From Tubulanus polymorphus (Eukaryota; Animalia; Nemertea): 64,000 nt of DNA. Location: the NCBI RefSeq assembly GCF_964204645.1, contig NC_134029.1:16672950-16736949 (forward strand), in the 5' to 3' direction. Below, piece by piece: positions 36,903 to 52,003 of the stretch (positions are counted from its first letter, which is position 1; every line of letters begins with the position of its first letter). A program made the position numbers and the translations under genes. Under the pieces are notes generated by a model. The model saw nothing but the letters and a program-made list of their open reading frames with translations, was not told where the DNA came from and ran no database searches.

Positions 36903-39900
36903 TACAGAAGTTATATTTCATCAAAAAGGACACAATTTCCAAGAGGATAAGTGTCAAATTTATTGGTTCCAATGATCTCTGTCATGACGAAAAGGTAACC
37001 TCAATGAGGAGGTGGGGTTCCGACCCCTGAGATAGGTCATTAGTATAAAATTCTGCGGTATGCACATGTGTTTGTACTCACGCCCATACTAAGGGGTGTG
37101 CGTTGGCTCTAAACGTACCTCCCTGCAAGATCCTGCATTCCACTAATTTTTGTCAAAGAAATTTTATAAGATTTATTAAAATGTTCCATTGACTTTGTTA
37201 AATGAAATATTAACTAACATTAGCTGGAAATATGTTAAAGCGCTTCAAATCTTCAAAGTTTTATTGGGGGAGGAATAGAGGCTGTGTACGGGCCTGGTAC
37301 TGTCACTTCTTTACCTAACTGCAGATCTGTTCAATACAGATTTCTCTGCGAAACCGACATTTTAGAAACCCCTCTTGAAAAAGAGGAGTTCATCCCGCCT
37401 GTGCATGCATTTTTGCTAGTGTAGACAGTAAACCAGTGTTCAATGCAGTGTTCCAGCGCCACTATTGACTACAGATGTGGATTCTACTCCTATCAAATTA
37501 TTCGATGCTTATCCATTATTCCAATTTTCATCATCTAGGCTTAACCTTTGTTTGAGATCAGACATTTCCAACTGAAAATCAATTGCCAACTTAGGAGATC
37601 CTTATGTTTCATTACCACACTTCTACTACAATTGATCGTTAAGACTTCACACTACAATTCCAATGGTGAATATCTGAAGGAGGGTAGTTCCGAGCACCAT
37701 GTTGTCAGATACGTAGTCAGTATGTTGTGAACTTACGAAGAAATGATACCTATGATTTATTTTCTCCACAAAATACCAGTATTAGATAAGAGGGAAATAA
37801 CAAAAAAAATTTAAAAAAAGGATGATTTTATTTCACATTCATTTTCATCTTGGATTGTTTTACATATAAATACATATACAACATATTATTACAAGCTTCA
37901 ATTTATTTAACAGAAAAATGCACCATTAGACATTAATAAACGTTTTCTCCAGCCCAACCTCAGTATTATCAACATGAATTCAGGGTCAAACTCGGTTAAG
38001 TCATCGTCAGTTATCACATCACAATTATTGAGTCCCGAGTGGTTATTCCAAGTCAGTTTACAACGTGTTAAGTCATCATTTAGATAAGTCGTCACTTTTC
38101 CAGTGACAAGTTTACCAAGGTTGACTGTAACAACTACAGTAGTTCACTTAATTCATATTTTTCGGGGCCAAGAAATTCTATATGAATTGAGTGAAATACG
38201 ATCTAACTTATTCTGGCATTACTGCCATATACTAACCATAGAAGTATTACATTCTATTTATACATCATCACTACAGTAGACTCTGCGTGCCGTAGATCTG
38301 GTGCACCAATAATCTTTTCCCAAAATAAATGAAAATCAGGACATTTCACATCAGTAGAAAATTTCTTCAACATTCTGTCTTGCATACAATAATCAATGGC
38401 AATCGGCTGCATGCAAGGTCTACTGTCATAATGATATAGGTATCAGTTGTCTAGCGCATCGATATTATGAAAGCAACAAATAAATGAATTAATGATAATT
38501 TGTGCTTGCAATGAAGCTACATAATATTTGAAGGGCCTATATGTATCAACAGATGTGCGGAAGCAGCTTACAAACTACAGTTGAATCAGCTTAATTCGGA
38601 TCATTTGGGACCTACAAATGGCATCCGCTTTAAGGGAAATCAGGATTAAAAGACATAAGAAGGGTTCGATCTAAGGAATAAAAGCCAACTGCCCGTGTGG
38701 CAAGCATATCTGAAATCTCACTTGCCTCATCAAAAATCAACTTGCCCCAGACAGGCAGTCTGATAGGTGGCACAATCATCCGTTGTATCGAGTGGGAAAA
38801 AAGCTATTGAGACATTAAATTGCACTAGCTAGGTGGATTAATGATAATGATGACCTACTTGCATTGGCTAATGCAAAATATACCTGTCCCGGGCTATTGG
38901 ATGGGTGCTTAGTAGTTTCTCATCAGATTTCACTAGGGCACGCATATTTTATATTCATCAAGTCTTTTATTAAATAAGATGAAATAAACCACTGCCATGC
39001 TTTTTTAAGGAGACAAGGGCGACCAAATTTTCATTTTATCAAAAAAGAAATTTTCTTGTGGTGGACATGCGCATTTTAAATTTTTCTTTTTTTAGGCGCA
39101 TTGTGATGCACAGTTTTTTCAGAATTGATGAGGAACTAGAAAGCAATTTTGAGTGGCCTTCACTAATCGTTTGGATTTCAATGGAAAAATCCAAATGATT
39201 TACGAAAATCCATCATTCAGGCCCAAGTGACCCTGGTTAAGATGGTTCAACTGTTGTAATTGTCCATTTTATTGACATTATTCAAATTAAAATGACCTAA
39301 AATGCAAAAGCAATGTCACGTCAGTTTTGGGGTGAAGGGACAAGAAATTGAAGACAAGTAACATATTACATAATTCATAGAAAACAGCAGAGTTTAGTTT
39401 ATTGTTCATTAACTATGTAAAGCTATGCTCAGGTCGTGTTATGATCCGATCATCTCGCCATAAGAACAAGTAACTGCTAATTGCCGATTCGTTAGTCGCA
39501 ACGCCGTAAGAGCACTCGGGTCGACTACGACTTGATCATCGCAGAGTTTAAGGTCATGTGACGCATAACTTGTCGCTGATTGCTACGACAATTGGATCAG
39601 GTCGTAGAAATAGAACTTGTTCCACCATTGCAATTTAGCTTACGACGGGTCTGCGATCAATTCGTTGCAGTGGTAAGCACACTCATGTCGAAAAGGTTCC
39701 AGATGAAAAAAATTGCAGACCGTTTCGACAAGATGATCGGATCTTAAGTCAATCTGAGATTAGCTTAAGAATCATTGGTTCGAGTCAAGAATCAACAAAA
39801 GCCCCAATGGGCACTGCAGCCAGCCTGCAAGATGAGCGGGGCTTCAGTCAACCTGAGATTAGCTTAAGAATTATTGGTTCAAGTCAAGAATTAACAAAAG

Positions 39901-40579
39901 CCCTAAATGGCACTACAGCCAGCCTGTAATATTCGCTCTTCATAAATGATGCAATCTGTGGGTAATATTTGTCAAAATACACTCTCTGCTCAATATAATT
40001 TACATAGTACATTCGTGTTTTCTACCAAATGGTTAACTAGAGCCCCAAGGGGCACTATAGCCAACCTCCATTAATTCTTTACAAATTTTAAATACCAACA
40101 AGAGGCCCATGGGCCTTGAAGCATTGGTAGATTATACTGTGGTAAGGAATTAAAACGTTGATGCTGTACATCTGAAATGTTCTATGACGATGTTGATTGG
40201 GAGGACCACAGACTTAAAATTGAATGAATTTCATTTCATTTTTCTGCCGAACAATTTAGCCTATACGCTATTTGTATTGTTAAACCTCATTAATGCGCTT
40301 TTGTTAAAGACGAAACTAGTTTATTCTGATGTTTTCCATCATGTCCCAAGAGATTTATATCAATCAAGATTTGTTTACACAAACCCATTTATTACAACAA
40401 TTTCGGCACTTTCGCATACAAAAGATTCGTATTTAATGTACAGCTGTGAAGGTAATCTCGACTGACAGTGGTTTTCCTTGCATGAACTGTTAGACCCTAT
40501 TGCTGAATAATGAAAACAAAAACAGAACGATTTTTCTGAATGCAAAATACTCTGATGCATAATAGGTAGAGATCAACCG

Positions 40580-40838
40580 ATATAGAAGCGATGCCGGCGT
40601 TGGTGTCACTACTGAGACAGGCTGATGATTGCTTGTTTGTCTTTTTGTTTGTCTACGTTGTTCGGACCTTGGTTTTTAACCCTATTGGATTGTTCATTTA
40701 ACCTCACGACGGGACAGCCTTTGAAGTGTTGCCCGAACACTGTAAGCAGTCAGCAGGACTCTAACCCACTTGTCACTCAGCACTCATAGTGGATGCAACC
40801 GCACAACGCCTTATCTCACTGAGCTACCGAGGCCGCTC
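40580..40838 (-). mobile_element. tRNA-derived SINE-like element
   Basis: The minus strand begins GCGGCCTCGGTAGCTCAGTGAGATAAGGCG (A box) and has GGGTTAGAGTCC (degenerate B box). Confidence 0.5.
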
Positions 40839-43554
40839 GATTCAATTCCAAAAAACTACAGTAGCGGCAAATGACCATCGTAGAATTTTGCCGAACCGAT
40901 GGAATAAACGACTCTGGTAAAATTGAATAAAATGATATATCTTTATTGGTGATATCGTATCATGGTGGTAGCCTACCGTTTACCATTAATGTTTCAAGTC
41001 ATTATGAAATGGTTTTAACTTTAGTAAAGGCGCTCCTGCACGATCACGTATACTACCTATACGGGCTTCAGTCACGAGTAGGCCTGCCATGCCACTGCTC
41101 TAGAAATACGTATTCTGATGCTGAGAATTAATCCCAATTAATCCCATGGCTACTGATAGTTGGACTATCAGTGATATTCAAACACTTTGATATTTATAAA
41201 TCGGAGGTACATAATTTTTTGTTTTTCTATTCAGAAGAGGTTGTTCCCCATTTTTAATTGTCAATGCGGACATATCATTGCGCGATTGCTTAACCCCCTC
41301 TCATCCACCAGATAACTAACGAGAAAAATGCGATAGAATAACTTTTTGGACCAGTAAATTAGAAATCGAGCGACGCTATCTTGTAGGGTATAATTGAAAC
41401 ATTATTTTGAGTCATTTTCAGTTGTGTCAACTGTTTTACGAGAACTGAGTTACAATTTGAAGTTACTATGAAAATGAGAAGTTTTACTAGATCCATTCTA
41501 CTAGCATTGGCATGACGTCATAGACGTCAACCAATACTAACAATAAACAAGACACAACTTAAGGACCATAGCAAAATACCTGTTTGACAGATTAACTCAT
41601 CCTCCCCGGCAGGGATTCAAGCCTGATGGCATCGAGATTGCCATGGTACGAAACCCTGCCACACAAGACCGAGTGCGCATACGTGCAGCTTAGATGATGT
41701 CATTATCCCGTCAGATATCCAGTTTTATTTTAGCCTGGGTTTTCCCATTTATAGTTCTTCCTTGAAATTTTACCTCAGCGATTATACAACGAGCAATCTG
41801 ATTGGTGCCGCAAAATTTTATGCGGCAAAGCAGGGGTTCGTGCCGTGGCTGCCAAGGGAGGATGAGATTAACTCTGCATTTTTCCTATCAGCTTAGTGGA
41901 TCCATGGTCACTATCTGGTATTCCCACTGGCACTCAGGATCAATTGGCACTCGGAATCTTGTGAAATGCCTGACAATCAGTTCAGTCGGACGACATCTGA
42001 TTAAACTGACTGAACATCGATGCTAAGAATTGGTCCATGTTGACTACGTTGGTCTTATAGACCCAGTAACCAAGGATGACCATTAAGGACTATTCAGTGC
42101 AGTGCTAATGATTGATTTCCCAGCTCAAGCAGAGTACTGGGTACAGCTAAAAAAAATAGATACCTCGTTTCTTATTATCATCCCGGTCACTTTTGTAAGC
42201 TGCAATACAATTTTTAATCAGCTCATTTCTATAACTGCGGGGTCTGTAAATTGTTAGCTTCATCGTGATTCTGAACCAGAGGCCCATGGACCTTGAAGCT
42301 TCGGTACTGATGCTATAAATTGAAGAACATGTATCCAAGAATGCCCTTTTGATTGGCTGATATTGAATACTGATGATAGTTTCAGTGAGGAACTGATAAA
42401 TTATTGTTTCACATTTTTCAACTAACTTTGACAGTGGGTGGAACCAAGGTGGATTTTTTTACAAGGTGCCCATTCATGCCAAGTGATGTAGTTATCAACA
42501 TATCCACAAATAGGCCCATGCAAATAGATTTTTTTCTACTTAAAAATATCATTTTACTGAAATTATCATCACCCTCTCTACAAAACTATGATGTATAGGA
42601 TCGGACATCTTTTCTATTGATTCTAGGGCGACACAATTTTTGAGTCACATGACTACTTCACCGAAGCTAAAAAGTAATGTAAAGGGTATATAAAGCCACT
42701 GGCTCGATCAACTTAAAAGCAAGCAGGAACAAGAAACAAGGTATCTATTTTTTAGGCTTATGTCTGAAGTTCCACTGAGAATTTCATAGCTGAATCAAAG
42801 TAAAACCCTTGTGTAAAGGATAATGGAGGAAAATTCATTATAAGAAGTTACCATTATGAAAAATTACTTCCGTCTCGAGTTTATGTACCCTCCTGCTGAA
42901 AAACTGTTAACCTGTCAGCGTTTGCACATATAAATACCATGGTTGTACGAAGTATAAGCTTTTGAACACAAACAGAATTACGGAAAACAATTTGGCATTT
43001 GAATGAAATATAGCTATACGTACAAAATAGTGGTTCTACTCAGCCATCATGCTCTCAGGGATAATAGAGCAAAGAAACCTTGCAGGAACTGATTGGCATT
43101 GGCAATATGACAGCACCACCTGACCTGAAGGGGCTCATTTTCAGGCATGACATATGCAATTAATAGGGTTCCAGGCAAAAATTATCCCTTTAATGAAAAC
43201 ACAATAGAAAAATTCCTGATTGAATAAGAAGGATTTCCGAAAAAAGATTTCATTTTTACAGAATCGTTTATCATCATTTTTAACACAAATTTCTGTGTTT
43301 TAATGAATTTTTGCATTCTTGTTGCATTATATAGAAATAGCAGACCAGCTGCAAAATGAGGAGGCTAAACGTACGATAATTAATTTTGCCTTGAAACACA
43401 TACATGTATATAAAATAACAGGGTCAATCCCTATTTTCAAGATCAGTACATATAGAGTCTGTCATCGTCTTAAGCCCGTAATCATCTAGAAAATCTCCGG
43501 AAGAGTACTGTTATTGTTTGATATGTATGTAAGTATTTGCAGCGAGATATACTA

Positions 43555-43605
43555 TTAATCCGGACGATGGATAGGTATTTTTGGAAGATGCTCAACTTGT
43601 AAAAC
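43555..43605 (-). CDS. CHIC2: CHIC2-like, exon 6 (terminal)
   Basis: TTCAG acceptor, VLQVEHLPKIPIHRPD* (compare VILIEFLPKTPIFRPD). Confidence 0.9.
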   Translation of the reverse strand, partial: VLQVEHLPKIPIHRPD

Positions 43606-46233
43606 CTGAAAAAATATACAAAATTCCTTTGTTACCATAAAAATGTGCACTACATGTAGAAACAACGTTTGTACTAGTTATCAATCCGGAATCAGCTTAT
43701 CATCATTCTTCCAGTATTTGATCATGAAGGTTTAACATGTGCGTTCATGGCCCTCCTCGGGCAATTTCAATTGAAAATGAATAACTAAGGTTCCAAGGGG
43801 ATACCATACCCACTTGGCAAAACACTTGACAAAACAACTGTTGTATACACTATTCAATATATCACTAAATGACATTTGTCTTAACATTACATTGCCATTT
43901 TCATTGTCCTTGCTATTGTTCTATTTCTAGGTGGCGCTACCAGAGAACCAGAGGGAGTACAAAGTCAAATGATACATCGGTTTTAGACCCTTGCCGAGAG
44001 AGGATGTGTTTGAAGCGTCCATTCAAGGACTAATAAAAGTGCAAGGGCACCCTTCTGTCTTATATAGAATTAGAGTTAGAGGGGTGAAAAAGCTCAATTT
44101 TTAAATTTGGGGTTCACCAATGAAAAAATTAAACTTCAGGTTGTTAGCAGGCTAAGTAAAGTTAAAATGTCAGAAATAGAAATTTTCACATAAACACTTA
44201 GGCACCACCAAAATAGGGAAATGTAAGATACCCCCTTTCGGACAGAGGGGCCTATTGAAAATTCCAGGTTACCTCTGCCTTAAGGCAGGTTCTTTTTTAA
44301 TAATAATCACGAGAATAACAATAAGGGTGTCTGCAAAAGTAATAGAAAACCCCAAATATAAAGACTATAGGTTAAAACCCAGAGGCGGGTCCAAGATTTC
44401 AAAGGGAGGGTGGTCTGTTGGTATCCTCATGTGTTCTAAAGCATCGCATATTTAAAATGTAGGCCTACCTAGTATATACTTTGAAGTGTAGCGTTGAAAG
44501 ACTGAAAATAGATAGTACTATGGAATTCTACGAGCAACCCACACCTGAAACCTGTTGATATTTTCGTCATAAAAACCTTTTTCGATTTATGAATGAGGAT
44601 AAGATGGCTGCCACTTGCATAACAAGAGCCCCAAGGGGCACTAGCGCCAGCCTGTCAGCTTTTCATAAAATGGCAAATGATGATGCATTCTGTGGGTTAA
44701 ATCTGTCAAAATACACTCCCAGCTCTGAGTCAATACCTAATAATTTACACAATACTATCGTAGAATACAAAAGTAGCACAGACAGCAACTGGATCTGGCA
44801 GGAACCTCAGATAAATCTTTTCCCTAGGTCTTATTGATTTTAACGCGGAATAGAATTGAATTTTTGAAATTTTCTCAATAACACAAAATTTAATAGGATT
44901 TGACGTTTTTATTTGTTCAATAAACTAAAATTGAATTGGATTTGATATTTTTTTGCGGAATAAAATTTGATTGACTTTTTAGTTTGAGCACATCGCTAAT
45001 TAGCATATCAAGGTCATCTATTCGATTTAAGAAAAAGCTATTTTCCCGGACTTTGCACAATGGTCAATGATATTTTCTGTAGTGCTAATAAAAATATTCC
45101 TCCCAAAAACCAAATCAACTAAAGCTTTCACAGAAATCAATCTTGAAATACAATTTTAGATCTTAAAATAAAACCCGGAAGTAAAACGGTAGACGATACC
45201 GTGGGTTCACGTGAACACCTGCTGATTTCTGCGGCTAAGCCAATCATAGAGGAGTCTTTGCTTTCTGATTGGCTTTTCAAAACCAATATTTTTGCAATCA
45301 GATATTCGCGAAAAAGCTCATATAAATCTTAACGAGGCCCTCTTTCAAAATTCAACCACGTAGAGTTTGGAGAATGGATAATGCTTTAATGAATGATTTG
45401 TATGAATATATGCTCAGTTGCACAGTAAAAGAGCCTTCGCTCTGGAAACCATGTCATTTAAATTCGCTCCATTTGTATAGTAATAGGCTCAGCCTACGGC
45501 TGGCCTAAAAACTGACTTGATGTTAACCCTTTCACTGTCATTTTCTTAGTGTTCTTAGTAAAATTTATCCATAAAAGCTACGCGACCTTGAAGTCACGTT
45601 AGTTATACTACCCAGGGATGAAAACAGAGGCGTTTAAAAAACGCGGATAAATTTGAAATGAAGTATTTAGAGGTTAACGAGCAGCCGCCAGCACCAAAGC
45701 CCCTTGAGGGAGGTTTTGGGGACCTCCCCCAAGAAAATTTTGAAATTTCACGGAGTTCTTGGCGCATCCAAGGCCCATTTTCCAATGACAAAATAAGACT
45801 GCTGCCACGCGGCTGATCGTTCGTTGTTTATGTCTTCACGACTGCAGATTCTAAATATAGATTTCCCACGCAGCGCTATTGCATGAATATATATTATTGA
45901 TCTGATAAACCGATAAAATTCTATCAATATCCACCAGGTAGAGACACTTGCTAGTGAGTTTTATTCAGGTCCCAACTATTTCGGGAGCCGCAGTTTGGGG
46001 TGAAGTTACGCTCCCGAACATATTGGGAGCAGCAGGTATAGGGTTAAAAGATTTTTTCGTCAAGTTATTTCATCATGAAGTTTAATGACAAATGGCAAAA
46101 CATTTAAAGTAGCAATAGGCAATCGGAATTTAGGCCAGAGGAAGTCACAAGATGGCCACAGTCTGTGTCCGTTTGACGCAAATTTTCTTCAATTTGGTAA
46201 GCCCTAGGGAGATCAATATACAACTTCGCTTAA

Positions 46234-46521
46234 CCCCTTCAGTGCATCTACACCACAGTGCGGTATATAAATCGGTGAAGGATTTTGCTTGTACACTGCA
46301 CTGCGGTGTATTTGTGTAATTAGTGATTAGTTTTTGTCTCTTTTGAAAGATGGCAACACCTGTCAAACATAGTGAAATAATAGTAACTAACGATACACCG
46401 CACCGCGGTGTAGTTGCACCATATAGGTATTCCAGTCATTCAACATGCAAGGGTGGAATTTTTCAAAATTTTCAAATAATCTCGAGCACTATAAGGTATT
46501 AATCAGTCAGCACTGAAAGGG
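46234..46521. mobile_element. piggyBac-type MITE nested in a Tc1/pogo-type MITE (~46218-46988)
   Basis: TTAA-CCCCTTCAGTGC ... GCACTGAAAGGG-TTAA. The host element ends GAATTAGGCGAGGTTGACTG-TA. Confidence 0.75.
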
Positions 46522-47217
46522 TTAATTCGTCGTCGGTTAATTCGTATAACCACCTAATTCTTATAAAAATGAAAGGTCCCGATTTTTCCATCGCTATTCC
46601 CTTTAATTTCCATCGGATAATTCGTACTACATTATTCGAAAATCGTAGCCATAACCATGGTCCCTTTTCTTAAAAACAATTGAAAATGTGACGCATAATT
46701 TGTATTCAATTGTTCCGCTTGCTGGCAGTGGTTGACAAGCTAATCAATTACTCGATAGTCATTGGCACTGAGCATGCAGCAGCGACACGCAGTATTTGTT
46801 CAAATGACAGTGGAAACAATTTATAGCAGGATTTTATTCGTAGTTTCTACAAATTAAATAGATGAATCGTCAACTCTACGAATTATAAAACATTCATAGC
46901 AAATACGAATTATGTATAATCTGTATAATGCCTAATTCATAGAAAAAACCACGGTCCAAGAGATATGAATTAGGCGAGGTTGACTGTACAGGACATCAAG
47001 ACCAGACCTGCCAACCCCAGAAATTTATTGTCAGCACAAATCTTTAAGTTTGTCAGTATTTTCTTGAGTTATTCAGTATTTTTCACGAGTGACGCGACCC
47101 AAAAAAAAAGCTTCCAGTTCTGGTCAAAAAAAAAATTTCTAATCAAAAACAATGTAAGAAATATAGCTGCAAAGCAGCGATAACGGGTTTTCTGCACAGT
47201 CTTAGAATCCTGTTCAA

Positions 47218-47515
47218 CGGTGGATTTCAACAAAGCATTTGATAAGGCTCAACATCAGCCATTGCTAAACAGGCTATTAGGAAACAGTATCAATGATAGG
47301 TCGCCCAAATGGCTCAGCAGTTATCTCTGAACGGAAACTTGTAACCGAAATCAACGGAACGCCTCATCTTGGAATGAGACGGTCTAACTAGTGGAGTCAC
47401 GCAAGGTAGTATCCTAAGTCGTCTTCTGTTTAATGTCCTGACAAATGACATACACAGTAATCCAAAATATACCAGACCGAGTAAATTTCCAAGACGACCT
47501 TAACACACTGTTCGA
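47218..47515 (+). mobile_element. LINE (CR1/L2-like) reverse transcriptase fragment
   Basis: VDFNKAFDKAQHQPLLNRL and SGVTQGSILSRLLFNVLTND correspond to the LDxxKAFD and GVPQGSxLGPxLF RT motifs. Confidence 0.75.
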
Positions 47516-47544
47516 CCAAAAAACTTAATGTTCCGACAAAACCA

Positions 47545-50262
47545 CGGGTGACAAAACCAAAATTATGAATTGTCGCGGGTGACAAAACCAAAATATTGAA
47601 TTGTCACGGGCGACAAAACAAAAATAATGAATTGTCGCGGGCGATAAAACCAAAATAATGAATTGTCGGGGGCGATAAAACCAAAATATCGAATTGTCGT
47701 GGGCGATAAAACCAAAATAATGAATTGTCGCAGACGACAAAAACAAAATATTGAATTGTTGCGTGCGACAAAACCAAAATAATGAATTGTCGCGGGCGAC
47801 AAAACCAAACTAGGGGTCCAGGGACACCATGCTCACTTAAGAAGTGGTTTCAAATGCTCAACAATCTAACAATTTCAATACATAAGGCCCTCTAGTGACC
47901 ATATACAAAAACCAATGACCTTGAAACCCACCACAATCATAGAACATGTGAGCAGCTATGATTTTGTAATCGATTGTGATAACAAAATATGCCTCGTTAC
48001 CAATTTAATATGGAAATACTAAGTTATTCTACTATTCAACGCCCCCTGGTGACCATATGCAAAACCCAATGACCTTAAAACTCACCCCAATCGTAGTACA
48101 TGTCATGAAATACAACTTTGCAATTGATCATAGTAACAAAATATGCCTAGGTACCAATCTAATAAGGAAATGCTAAGCCATTCTACTATTCAACGCCCCC
48201 TGGTGACTATATGGAATAACTAATGTCCTTAAAAACTCACCACAATCATAGACGATGTCATGAACTACAACTTTGCAATTGATCATGGTAACAAAAAATA
48301 TGCCTTGGTACAAATATAGCGATACTAAGTTATTGTATTATTCAACGCCCCCTGATGGCCACATACAAAAACCAATGACCTTGAAACTCACCAAAATCAT
48401 AGAACACGTTATGGACGGACGGACGGACGAAAAGTGAACGCAATAGCCCGCTGGGACTAAAGTCCCAAGTGGACTGAAAAATAATTGTCGCGGGCGACAA
48501 AACCAAAATATTGAATTGTCGCGGGCGACAAAACCAAACTAATGAATTGTCGCGGGCGACAAAACCAAACTAATGAATTGTCGCGGGCGATAAAACCAAA
48601 CTAATGAATTGTCGCGGGCGATAAAACAAAAATATTGAATTGTCGCGGGCAATAAAACCAAAATAATGAATCGTCTCGGGCGACAAAAACAAAATATTGA
48701 ATCGTCGCGGGCGACAAAATCAAAATAATGAATTGTCGCGGGCGATAAAACCAAAATAATGAATGGTCTCGGGCGACTAAACCAAAATAATGAATTGTCG
48801 CGGGCGATAAAACCAAAATATTGAATTGTCGCGGGCGACAAAACCAAAAAAAAAATTGGCACGGGCGATAAAAACAAAATATAAAACCAAAATAATGAAT
48901 TGTCGTGGGCGATAAAACCAAAATATAAAACCAAAATAATGAATTGTCGTTGGCGATAAAACCAAAATATTGAATTGTCGCGGGCGATAAAACCAAAATA
49001 ATGAATTATCGCGGGCGATAAAACCAAAATATTGAATTGTCGCGGGCAATTAAACCAAAATAATGAATTGTCTCGGGCGACAAAACCAAAATAATGAATT
49101 GTCGCGGGCGATAAAACCAAAATAATGAATTGTCGCGGGCGATAAAACCAAAATATTGAATTGTCGCGGCCGATAAAACAAAATTAATGAATTATCGCGG
49201 GCGACAAAACCAAAATATTGAATTGTCGCGGGCGACTAAACCAAAATATTGAATTGTTGCGGGCGACAAAACCAAAAAAAGAATTGTCGGGGCGACAAAA
49301 CAAAGATAATGAATTGTCGCAGGCTATAAATCAAAATTAATGAATTGTCGCGGGCGATAAAACCAAAATAATGAATTGTCGCGGGCGACAAAACCAAAAT
49401 GGTGAATTGTCGCGGGCGACAAAACCAAAATGGTTAATTGTCGCGGGCGACAAAACCAAAATGGTTAATTGTCGCGAGCGACAAAACTAAAATAAAGAAT
49501 TGTCGCGGGCGATAAAACCGTAATAATGAATTGTCGCGGGCGATAAAACCAAAATAATGAATTGTCTCAGGCGACAAAACAAAAATAATGAATAATCGCG
49601 GGCGATAAAACAAAAATATTGAATTGTCGCAGGCGATAAAACCAAAAAAGAAAATTGTCGCGGGCGACAAAAACAAAATATAAAACCAAAATAATGAATT
49701 GTCGCGGGCGACAAAACCAAAATAATGAATTGTCGGTGGCGATAAAACCAAAGTAATGAATTGTCGCGGGCGATAAAACCAAAATATTGAATTTTCGTGG
49801 GCGACAAAACCAAAATATTGAATTGTAGCGGGCGACAAAACCAAACTAGTGAATTGTCGCGGGCGACAAAACCAAACTAATGAATTGTCGCGGGCGATAA
49901 AACCAGACTAATGAATTGTCGCGGACGATAAAACCAAAATAATTAATTGTCTCGGGCGACAAAAACAAGATATTGAATCGTCGCGGGCGACAAAATCAAA
50001 ATAATGAATTGTCGCGGGCGACAAAACCAAAATAATGAATTGACGCGGGCGATAAAACCAAAATAATGAATGGTCTCGGGCGACAAAGCCAAAATAATGA
50101 ATTGTCGCGGGCGATAAAAACAAAATATTGAATTGTCCCGGGCGATAAAACCAAATTAATGAATTATCGCGGGCGATAAAACCAAAATATTGAATTGTCG
50201 CGGGCGATAAAACCAAAATAATGAATTGTCGCGGGCGACAAAACCAAAATATTGAATTGTCG
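47545..50262 (+). repeat. 31-bp minisatellite in CHIC2 intron 5, interrupted by a HINE-like insertion
   Basis: Unit AAAACCAAAATAATGAATTGTCGCGGGCGA(C/T), period 31, more than 60 units. Confidence 0.95.
47808..48478 (+). mobile_element. HINE/pearl-like element, both ends present
   Basis: AACTAGGGGTCC start, ~153-bp repeats, (GGAC)n, terminal hairpin TGGGACTAAAGTCCCA. Inserted in an A-run of the minisatellite without a clear TSD. Confidence 0.8.
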
Positions 50263-51439
50263 TGGAATGATGCAATCGTGAGTTGAAATAATACCTGACC
50301 AAATCGATGCACAGACATTTACTTTATATATCTACTTGAACAATCGAGCCTTCTCAGTAATATACTCAGTTTTTACGAAACCTGGAGTTTTTGTTTCAGA
50401 GAAATTTGAGTATCAGTATCCGATGCTATATACTAACGTTAACGTTAGTTATCATCGCTCCGTCATGCTAAGTTATACATTTCATGTCAACCAGTATCTA
50501 CAGGCAGCTGTACAGTGTGTACACACTATATCTGAATACGAGGCTGGAATAACAGGCTCACTTCACGTAGGTTCATGATGAGGAGAAACTCGCAGCTGAT
50601 CCCCGGAACGACGATGTAGTAACACTCGTCGATTCCTCGATGTTTACGGCTCGACAGTGCTTTTAAAATCTAAAGTAGTAAATTTCCAGTGTATCGGTAA
50701 TATGATTTGATGAGGAAAATGGGCTATTGTTAAAATCACTGTTTGAAGACCGCGACTGAATGTGAAGTCTGCGGCAATAAATTAGTTCATTTATACTTGA
50801 ATTGATAATCGAAGTGACAGTCGGCCTGCGGGTTGATTTCGGGATGACGACTCGAAAAACATGTCGCCCCATTGAATGGGGCTAAATTTTCGATGTTTAC
50901 GGCCCGACAGCGCTTTTGTAACGATGATTCGTGAAAAAACACGTGGGCTATTTGTAGATCTCAGTGAGCTGAACGATATTATATGGATTGTATATGAAAC
51001 AGCGGTAAGGTAACAAAGCCTATGTTCTTTTGGTAACCATAGTGTGGAAGAAAATAATAATAATAATAATCACGCGGATATCAATAGGGTTTTCTGTGAA
51101 ATAACAGAAAACCCTAATTAATGCTATCACTTATATTAGAACAAAATTATCAATGTAAATATATTATTATACTTAAACAAATTTTTTTAAAATCTTAAAA
51201 AGAAATTTGATTTCTATATTTTACAGTATCTAATCTAAAAAAGTATCTAATTCAAGCAATTTTTTCAAGTCAAAATGTTTTACCGAATTAAAACTATCAA
51301 ATGTTGAAGATGCTGAATAAACTCTTCAATGGATATTGTTTGTTAATTCTAAATCTAATCACCTTATTATTTCATAAGCCCTTATTACAATTTATGATTC
51401 TTAAAGATATAATCATATTAGTAATTTCAAGATTTAAAA

Positions 51440-52003
51440 CTTTATTCCCACCTATGAATGAGTAACGGTGACACCAAGATGCGTCATAATAGTCTGATCA
51501 AAAATACCTGTGCCAGGTATAAAAGATTCCTTTCTGAAGAATACCCATCACAAATTGCCATGAGAAATGGTAAACCAGTAGGAAGCAGGACTCAGAATTT
51601 GGGCCAAAATTTACATTTTTGGGCACAAAAAAGGTCATCCTGAGTCCGATCGACCCAATAATTCTATGCTGATGGGCCCTTGGGGAATTAAAATATATCC
51701 GAAAGATCAAGGTAATTGATCAAAGGGTCATCAAAATTTCGCTCAAAAAGTTCAAAAATGTGTAAAAAGTGCTGATTTTGGCGAACAACAATAGCTGCCA
51801 ATCAGCCATCTGGATTCTGGCAGGGCCAGTTTTTGGGCTGAAGATGTGTCTAGGGTAGATACACGTGTAGCCTAAATATCAAGACATTGCATTGAAGCGT
51901 CTTCAAAACTTCCCAAAATAACTGGATTCCGTCTACGGACGGACGACAGACGAAAAGTGACCGCAATAGCCCGCTGGGACTTAAGTCCCAAGTGGGCTAA
52001 AAA
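51440..52003 (+). mobile_element. HINE/pearl-like element, 3' part
   Basis: Matches 24945-25505 and ends (GGAC)n...GCCCGCTGGGACTTAAGTCCCAAGTGGGCTAAAAA. Confidence 0.75.

Noticed and set aside
47525-50318. Many overlapping hydrophobic ORFs (VLSPATIHYFGF...)
   Set aside because: Artefacts of the 31-bp minisatellite inside CHIC2 intron 5.
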